DNA of 64,000 nucleotides from the human T2T-CHM13v2.0 reference genome, Homo sapiens. The translations under genes and the position numbers were made by a program. This document shows, piece by piece, positions 54,860 through 64,000 of the stretch. The first letter of the stretch is position 1, and every line of letters starts with the position of its first letter. The notes under the pieces were generated by a model that was not told where the DNA came from, searched no databases, and saw only the letters and a list, made by a program, of their open reading frames with translations. Location: assembly GCF_009914755.1 (NCBI RefSeq), contig NC_060925.1. The stretch is one strand, 5' to 3'.

Positions 54860-57491
54860 CCCTCACCTGCCCTCATTCCCACCTCAGAGAGGTCCTGGTG
54901 AATCCTCAGCTCCACAGAGCTCTCCAGTCACTGCCCTGGGCAACCTGGCTGGTCGGGGGAGGGCTGGGCTCCACCTTTGGAGCCCATCTCTTTCCCCTGC
55001 CCCCAGGTGAGCTCCCAGCATGTCCAGCTCCAAAGAGCCCTGCTCCAGGCTGGGGCAATGGGATTGGGCGGAACCATCCCTGGCATTGCAGACAGAGGTT
55101 GGGGCCAACACATGCAGGCCAGAACCAAGGTCTAGTTCCTAGTTGGGAGGAAGATGAGACACAGCGGGGGCAATGGTAGTGTGTCTTTGATAACAGATCT
55201 TCCCGTCACACCTGCCAACCCACCTGGAGGCTGGGAAACCAGAGTTCATAGTGCCATGGCCATAACTGGGGTTGGGGGACAGCTTCCCAAATCCATGTCC
55301 TCCTTCACCCAACCCTCATCACCAGTTTCTGCTGCATAACCAGTTGCCCTTCCTGGCTTCCCCTGACTGCTGCTGGTGAAGGCAACAGGGCATGGCTAGC
55401 CCTGACCTCTCGAGTCTCCAAGATCTTCCCCCAAAGTTTCCTGGGATGGGTCACAGTGACTCCCCACTGCTCTCTGATCTACAGGACCTGTCAGCCCAGG
55501 CCCCAGTCTGGGAACCAGGGAAGCTCTTCCACCCAGCCCAGAACACTTGCTCTCATTGAATATTTATATCTATTCCTATGTTCATAGATAATTGCCCATT
55601 TCTTCCACTAGAATGTAGGATCTTGAGGATCAGGGAAGGGATCCTGCCTGTTTTGTTCACTGCTGTGTCCACGGCTGCTAGCATGGGGCCTGACTTGATA
55701 GATTTATTGCAGAAATGAATAAATCAGTCACTGGGAGCACTGGAGGTTTAAAAGAGATCCCCCAGCAAGCGCTGTCTCAGGAGTGCCATCCTGCAGTTGG
55801 TGGGGGCAGGGAAAGGGGAGCAGGGGTCGGGGGATAACAAGTCAGAGAGAATATCTGTGGATGACCTGCCAGCTAGCTGTCAATCTTAACACTTGGCACT
55901 GTGGCCATCGATAACCTTGGAAAACAGCACCATGAAAAGCCCACATATATTTAAATAGATGGGGAACAGGTGCTAGAAAATTCGTAAGTATCAACCAGTG
56001 GGTCATGTCTCTGTGGTTGGCACACAGGCCTCCTGAGCTGATGGATGTCTGACAGTGAGAAAGGATGGGTGTGCCTCTCCCAAGCCTGGGAGAACTGCCT
56101 GGTTCCTGAGTCCCCACGGGGACCAGCCTGTGCCTATTTCTTAGGAAGGCTCAGTGGAATTTCCCTGCTTCAGGGCGCACTCCAAAGGATGCATCACAAT
56201 CTCTATCGCCATCTCCAAAAGAATCCTGTCCCCACCCCCTGCATGTCCACAAGGGTGCTGTCTGTCCAGGGCTAGCCCTAGCACAGTCCTGCCAGTGCTC
56301 CGGGACTCCACGCACTCAGCTGCAGCCCCAGCCAGGCCCTGACCAGGTGGAGACTTCAGCAGCCTCTGCCATCCACCCAGACATGTGTCTTAGACCTGTC
56401 TGGGACATCTCTTCCTCATTCTTCAGGTAGCAGCCTAATAGTCACTTCCTCAGGGAAGTTTGAGGCCTTTTCCTCGGGGTATACTCCCAAAGCCCTCTAT
56501 CTTTCCCGTTGCAGCACTGATCAAAATCTTAATGAAATATCACTTGTCTGATTCATTGTTTGCCCCCGGAGGGTAAGGACCATGTCTGCCTGGGTCACCC
56601 TCACTCCCTAGTCACTGCTCTGGGTCTGGCACAGTATCAGTTGGGTCTGGGCTCAGACCCCTCTCAGGCAGCCTTTCAGATCCTCTGGCTCTGGCCAACC
56701 TCATGCAGGTCCAATCTGACAGCATCTCAATGCCTGCCCAACTGGCCACCTCTGGCCTCCAGCCCTGTGGTTTCTCATAGACGCTGCTGCAAGATCCCAA
56801 TTGGTTCCCATGGCCACCAAGCCAAACCCAGAATGCATGGGAGTCAGGAGCTGGTGGATAAACCTGTTTTCCCTTCCTCTGTTTACCCCAAGAGATGGTC
56901 CTGAGACACACTTTATAAAGTTTTTCCAGGGTGCAGACTCACAGACTGAGACATTAGTCACCCTCTATGGCAACCAGCTCAATAACACATCCTTGTGTTG
57001 CCTTCCTCCTTCCTTCTCCACATCCCTTGCCCTTGGCACTCATTCTTTCCCTGGCATCACAACCCCTAATTGAGTAATGGCATAATCCCCTGCCTCAGGT
57101 TCTGCTCTGCAGGCTCCCAGGCTGAGACATTGCTCAATAAACTTTCGTGCAATTGATGAAGGAAGGAATGATCCTCAGCAGGGGAGCTTGCATGTTTCAG
57201 CTGCTCCTTCTGACCTCGGTTTCCCCCAATACTCCCTTCATCCCTCAAGCCCTCTTGCTCTCTTACACCTGTTTGTCCGGACCTGGACCCCTGCCAGGCT
57301 CTTTCCAAGCCTTTCCCCAGGCTGGTCTCTGCTCACTGAATTCTGGAGCTGACAGTTCTGCAGTGACTCTCGATGGGGCCCCAAGTCCCTCCTGCACCCC
57401 TCACCTGCTTCCCTGGTCTCCCCAGACAGACCCTGGAGACATCCCGAGCTCCCCCAGGGCTCCACAGTCATTGCTCTGGGCAACCTGGCTG
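54860..57491. repeat. Diverged ~92-bp direct repeat pair (54860-54951 and 57398-57491)
   Basis: Shared ccctcacctgc...cag..ag..cctgg.ga.atcc..agctcc...cagtca.tgc.ctgggcaacctggctg, with the last 16 bp exact. Confidence 0.75.
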
Positions 57492-60400
57492 CTCCAACAG
57501 GAGTCCAGCTTTGCAGTTTCCCCTGCCCTCAACTGCCCTGTCCCCTCCAGGATTCTGACTTGCCCTGGGGGAGCTCCCAGCATGCTTTACTTGCAATTGT
57601 GCTGGCCCAGCCCAAAGGAGGTAGCTTGGGCAGAGCATTTCCTGGCCACACAAACAAGGGTATGAGGCTCCTCCTGACACCCATGCATGCGGGCCAGAAC
57701 TCAGATCTGCTTCTGGTTAGAAGATGGTGGACATGGTGGGCACTGGGGTCATGGCCTTGACATAAGGCCCTCCTCTCACACACCATGGCTGGGAAGCCAG
57801 CTAGTCACGACCCCACAACAACCATGCCTCTGGGCAAAGCATGCAAGTCCATGTGTTCACCCACGTGTCCCTCATTCAGCGAGGCTGCTCTGTGTGCGTC
57901 CAGCCCATGCCAGGTGTTGGGACAGCAGCCAAGTTTAGCCCATCAAGTGCTCCCCGTCGGTAAGAAGAGTCACACAGGGAAATTGGCACTTCTAGCTGTG
58001 CCACCCTCCCTGGTCTGCACTCAGTGTTACTGGGAAGCAGAGCGGATGTGTGGGTGGTGCAACTTCTCCATAGGAAAGTATACAATATGCTAAGGCTACC
58101 AGTGATGACTCTTTGTCTCCATTGTGTTCCATACTTCATCTTGGTCCAGCCCCATCTATGAGGCAGGGAAAACTTCTTATCTGGCCATCCATACTGCAGT
58201 GAGATGTGACAACTTAGAGAGAAAAGAATCCATTTCCCGTGGCCTGCAGAGATTTTATGCATCCCCGTTAGCCTCCCTCTTGCTCTGATGCAGGGGGCTG
58301 GGAGAGCAGCCAGGACAGAATTCTGGGTCTCCGAGGGTGAAATTTGAGAATAGGAGCACTCAAGGACCCTGCTGGGGCTGACCTTGTACCCCCAGGAGGT
58401 CACGCTTGTGCCAACTCGTGGATGCTCATTCCTCATTTCCCTTGACCTCCTTGAGGCCACTGACCCTCCCCCCCTTTCTAGTAGCCTCTCTTCCTTGGGC
58501 CTCCTTCACCCCATGCTCTCCTGATTCTCTTCCTTCCCCTCCAGCCTTGCCAGCCCAGGCATCCTGTGGCTTCCACCCTTTCATCTGTGCCATTCAGGGT
58601 CCCACCCCAGGTCCTCATCTCTGCTCTCCCTGAGCAGCTGTCGTCTCCACCTCCCAGGCTCCCTGCAGGATGTGCTGATGACTCCTAGAGCTCAGCCTCC
58701 AGCCCTGCTCCTTCCTCCAAGTGCCCAGCCACAGGGCCACCATCTACAGGGACCCCAATCCCAACACATCCCAAATGGACCTCACTATGTTTCCCAAATC
58801 CTCAATTTCTCCAGGGGGCTTTTGATGTGAGCAGGACACCATCACCTCCTTAACTGTCCAGAGTAGAATTCCATGCCCTGTCCGCAACTCCTCGCTTTCC
58901 CCTACCTCCTCTATCCAACCAATCGGGAGCCTCATCAGTTCTCCTGCTTGTCTGCTGGCTGTGCATCTACTTCCCTCCTTTCCTAGAGCAGCACTCGCCC
59001 TGTTTGGGTCCCAGCGATGGCTTCCATACTGGCTCAGGTTTGGCACAGCAGCAGAGTGACCTTCCTCAAGTGCCAAGTCGATGTCACCCCCTGGCTCCAC
59101 TTCAGTGGGTTCAGATTCTCCATAGCCCTCGGGATTAAAGTCCAGTTCCTCGGTTCAGCACCCGAGACTCTTCAATGCCTACCTCTTTCCCCCTTCTCCA
59201 GCAGCAGCTCTCCTCTTGGCTCCAGGCTCTCCACTCTTGGGGTTCTGCCTCTGCACTCCCCAAGTGGGCTCCTGGGCACCTGGTGCCAGGACACAGAAGC
59301 TCTGGATGGCAGATGGGGACTCCCAGTGTCAGAAAAGTCCAGTGCCCCAAGTAAAGTAAGAAGGTGGCACCTTGGTGGTGCCTCAGTTCCCTGTGTGTCT
59401 GATCAATGTGAGTCAGCTCCTCGAGGCTCCCTGTTTGGATCCAGTGGGGGTAAGGTCTAGGTCCTGGACTACTGTGGCCTGGCAGGATGACCACGGCTGA
59501 GGGGCCACCCTCCCACCACCATCACATTTAATCATGGACATACTTTAGACAGGGAGGCTGTCCCTGGAAGGAACAGTGATGAGAGGGACAGCTTCTGTGT
59601 ACTGAGCATTTACTGAGCACTGGGAACTTGGCGAAGCATTTTGGTGCCATATCTCATTAAATCTTCCTACCAATGCCAGGCAGGAGGCTCTTTTGTTATC
59701 CCCATTTTGTAGACATGGAAATGGAGGCCGGAGAAATGGAATAACTTTCCCACTGTCAGCTGAAATGTGCTAGACTCAGAATTTGAACCCATTTCGGTTA
59801 GATTCCAGAGTCATCAAAACACATGGGAATAATTTAAGGTACGGATGTGAGTAGAAGATTTTTGAAAGAGGAAACAGACAAGTAGGCAGTAAATATAGAC
59901 AGAGGGAAATTTAGATGAGAGATGGGGGATGGAGGGTATAATCACTGCTCTGTCTGATCGTGTTTATTGTTGTCCCTATAGTTCAAGGTGACTTGCGGCA
60001 GGCGAGTGTGTCAGCAGAAGGCGATGCATCCTCTAGCCACCCCATCTTCCTCTGTAACCCTTGGAAGACCATGTGGCACGGGACAGAGGCGAGCAGGGAG
60101 TATCTGGGAAGGGCTTTTTAAGTCCTGTTGGTCAGAGGCTCCACCCAGGGCCTCCAAATGGGCCCCGGGGGGTGGACACTTACAAAGGTGGGCATTCATC
60201 ATCTTTACGCCTACATTCAGATCCCTAATAAGGAAGTAATAATATTGCCAAGCCTTTGCATGCTTTCTATGGGCTAGTGAGAAGACTAATTATCTGACGA
60301 CACTAATATATGGTTATGATGTTATTAAAAATGGCACCAAGCTAGGATTAATAGGCTCATCAATTGTAGGGAATTGGGCTTAACAAGGTCCCCTGCATGT

Positions 60401-61069
60401 CTCGTCAGGCCTGTAACCCTGATGAATACTGGGCTTCCCAAAGCACCGCCTGGCTGCTCGGAGGCCGTGGACGACACTCCCTCCTTTTCCCAGCTGAGGG
60501 TCAGCTTAGGGAGATCAGGCTGATGCTGGGCTTCTCTGATCACATTCCCTTGCAAACAGCTCTTCAAAGCTGTGGGGCCACTGGAGATGTTGTGAGTGGT
60601 GAGGGTGGCCCAGCCCTGCTCACCTCCGCACCCAGCCTCCACCTTCCACGTGATCTTCCTTCTCCCCTGCCCAGCTTGCCTCTGCAAATGACAGCCTCAG
60701 AGCCTACCCAGAGCCCCAGACTCCAAGCCCCACTCATAAACGCAGGGGAATGGATAAGATGGAGATGCCTCTGGGGCCTGCTGACTAATTTCCATAATAA
60801 TTATAGTTATTACTAATAACGGTGACAACACCACTCCCTTCCGTTTATATTGAATTCTATAATCTAGAAGCTGCTTCCCCACCAGTTGTCTCCTCTGAGG
60901 CTCACAACAAGCTGTGAAGAATGTGGAGCAGGTATTATTATTCTCACTGTCAGGTTAGGAAAGTGCAGCTCAGAGAGATAAGGGGACTTCCTGAAGCCCC
61001 CTCCCCAGCCTCCAAGGAATAGTTGTAAGGATAAAAATAAAAATAATAATAGTAAATACTGACATGGTG

Positions 61070-61250
61070 ATGACATGTAATACACTATGTTAACTTAGTC
61101 CTCCTAACAATCTTATGAAGTAGGTCCTATTAATATCTTTTCCCTTTTACAGATGCAGAAACTGAGGCACAGAGAGGTTAAGAAACTTGTCCAGGAATGC
61201 ACAGCTAGCAAGCGGAAGAGTTTGAATCAAACTGAGCTCGAGTTCATGCT
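61070..61250 (-). mobile_element. MIR SINE
   Basis: ttttacagatgcagaaactgaggcacagagaggttaagaaacttgtcc...acagctag. Confidence 0.8.
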
Positions 61251-61863
61251 CTTGACCATTTGAGTCTCCTATTAGACTTCCACAGGAGCCCAATTTGCTG
61301 GGGACTAGGAAGTGACTCCACTGGGCCAGGCTCCAGCCTTCATGCCTTGAGCTCCAGCCTCCCTCCCCACTTGCGACCTCCAAGGTCTCTGTAGGCAGCT
61401 CCCCTCAGACCGAGGCAAGGGGGCTTAACCGAAGTCCCTGATGCTGTCTGCTCCCATCCTGGAGAGGTGAAGTCATAACCTTTGGCTGATACTCTGTGGG
61501 TTGCAAAGATCTCTGCATGAACCTCCCTCTGTCCTGGCCCCTGGGGTCAGGATGGTTCTTTGCAGAAGCTGGAACACAGGGCTACGAGGCAGGGAGGCTC
61601 CAAATTCTGGCTCCACCACTTCATCTCTTTCTGCCTCAGTCTCCCTATCTGTAAAATGGGTGTTAATAACAGTACCTACCTCACTGGGCTTTTATAAGGA
61701 TAAATGAGAGAAGGAATCTAAGGGGTCCAGTATGGATCAGGTCCTTGAATTCAGCAGCAGCTCCTTGATAGAAAATGCTTCAGTCAAGTTGAGGGCCCTG
61801 AGCTGGAAGGCAGGTCATGTTTATTGTGTGCCAGGTAAGCCTGTGGAAATGGTGCCTTATTTA

Positions 61864-62219
<356 letters not shown>

Positions 62220-63221
62220 ACTCCTATTTTAGAAATAAAGAAATTGAGCCTTAGTGAGATTGATGAACTTACCCGGTCACACAACAAAACTGAGGCTTGA
62301 ACCCAGACCTGCTGGGCCACAGCCTGGGCGTCTGAGAACTATGATGTGTTTGCTCACAGCATCTTACCAGGGACCCTCTTACTGAACTTACTCTAGGCCC
62401 AGTCTTCTGCCACTATGACAACAATCGCGTGAGGAAGGGGTGTCAACATGCCCAATTTACAGAGGGAGAAACTGCTCAGAGAGGTTGAGTGACTTGCCCT
62501 TGTTCACAAAGCTAATGAGGAAGAACCGGGACTCGAGCCCAGGGCCTCCTAATTCCTCCCTTGTGGTGGTGTCTCCAGCCTGTGGCTTCTCCCTCTTCCT
62601 CCCAATGTCTCAAGAAGCCCAGGTACACCCCCCACCCCCTCACCTGCCTGCTTGGGCTCCCAGCTGTCCTCAGTCCTCTCCTGATCCCAGGCAGAGGAAG
62701 AGGCTGACTCCCTGGTGCTTCCAGCCAGGCCCTGCTCATCCCTTCTTCCCAGCTCTCAGCTTCCTGGACTCCCACTAGACCCAGAGTTACTCAATGCAGT
62801 GACGGGTTTCTCTCTGTGTCCAAGAATTTGGTGAAGTGTCTCATGTGGGTGCCTTGCCCCATAGCTGGGGCATCCTCTGGTGGTTTTTAAAGGAGCAGAA
62901 GATACCAAGAAGCCACAGGCCTCCTCCAGAGCAAGTTCATCAAAGATGCCAGTGGGGCCGGCTCTGAATCAGATGGAGGCCAGTGCATCTGTGTGTGTAC
63001 GGAGGAGAATGGCGTTGGGAGTATGAGCAAGGCAGCCCATGAGAGCTGGGGTGCACTTCCTTCAGCTGAGGCCCCCCAGTCCTCAAGGTTGCAGCATTCA
63101 TCTCCATCACTCCTGTCCCCAGGGCCTTTTTCTGCCAGGCTGCCCAGCCCTGTGGTGCAGACAGTTCTAGGCCAAGTCTCCCCAGGGTCCTGAGCCCTCC
63201 CATGCTCCCATCCATGCTTAC

Positions 63222-63425
63222 GTGGTCGATGAGCTCCTTGACCATGCCGTTCCACTGGCCCTTGTCATCCTGTGCCCCGTACTTGCCGTCCTCCACCAGC
63301 CGGATCTCATAGGAGAAACCAAGGATGTGGGCCAGCTCCTTTAGCAGGTCGATGCAGTAGCCCTCGAACCGGTCATTCCCGTATAGCGTCCTGTCTGATT
63401 TCCGAAACATGACGAAGGGCTCCTC
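63222..63425 (-). CDS. GRIK3: GRIK3 coding exon (exon 10): ligand-binding S1 segment [68 protein letters not shown]
   Basis: Kainate receptor S1 peptide; acceptor ctgcag|GAG at 63426-63427, donor CAC|gtaagc at 63221; 204 nt, phase 0/0. Confidence 0.97.
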
Positions 63426-63750
63426 CTGCAGAGACAGATGGGCAGGGTGTGACGAAGACTGAGCAGCTAGGGCGGAGGCAGGCTTGCACTGGAGAGTCAG
63501 GGCTAGGACCTCTGCTCATGTTTTTATAAACCCCTTGGAGTGGCTTAGACAAAGGGCCCGTGAAGTCAGGAGCGGGAAAGCACATGTCCTGAGAGCCAGC
63601 TGGGGGCCTCATGAATGGCTACCTGGTACAGGGCGGGAGCTCAGTAGGCACTTACTGATTTAATGGCCCAGTGGTTACAGAGCTAGTGAGCGGTGGAGCA
63701 GGGCTTTGAACTGGAGACCCATCCCAAGGCCCATGGTCTCTTTGCTGCAC

Positions 63751-63944
63751 TAGTAATAGAGGCTCAGCGTGTGGTCCCTGCACCTGCAGCATCAGCATCA
63801 CCTGGGAACTTGTTAGAAATGCACATTCTCAGGCCCCACCCCAGACCTAACTGAACCGGAAACTCTGGGGAGAGCCCAGCGATCTGTGTTTTCAGAAGCC
63901 TTCCAGGGAATTCTGATGTCCACTCAAGTCTGAGGACGCTGCTG
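63751..63944 (+). mobile_element. MER5A DNA transposon
   Basis: gtgtggtccc...gcagcatcagcatcacctgggaacttgttagaaatgcacattctcaggccccaccccagacct. Confidence 0.85.
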
Positions 63945-64000
63945 TAAAAAGCCCTTCAGAAAGCCGTCTGCTCTAACTTCTCTTCCAACTCCAATTTAAA

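Noticed and set aside
59153-59172. REST/RE1-like motif TTCAGCACC (weaker one near 53020-53037)
   Set aside because: Only a half-site matches and the GGACAG half is poor

Overview
Human (primate) genomic DNA, based on its Alu, L1PA, MIR, L2, MLT1 and MER elements. It carries the 3' half of GRIK3 (kainate receptor subunit GluK3) on the minus strand. Seven coding exons run from 63425 down to the stop at 23343 (exons 10-16 by my recollection of the gene model; 204+224+119+218+223+251+195 nt, all GT-AG, frame continuous). A ~6.3 kb 3'UTR ends at an AATAAA at 17038-17043, followed by ~17 kb of downstream intergenic DNA. I see no new protein-coding system; nearly all other ORFs are chance, antisense or repeat-derived. 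The most unusual structure is a ~230 bp insertion splitting an old L1 (806-1046), made of two order-permuted, inverted copies of unique DNA ~1.1 kb away, with junction microhomology and palindromes. Other items worth checking: inverted Alus around exon 15; a read-through C-terminal isoform with candidate Alu-derived polyA signals; a degenerate 3'UTR array repeating miR-135 seed matches and UGCAUG motifs; a candidate TDP-43-type cryptic exon in intron 13; and several small local duplications. Repeat subfamily calls are from recalled consensus sequences, and boundaries of old repeats are approximate.
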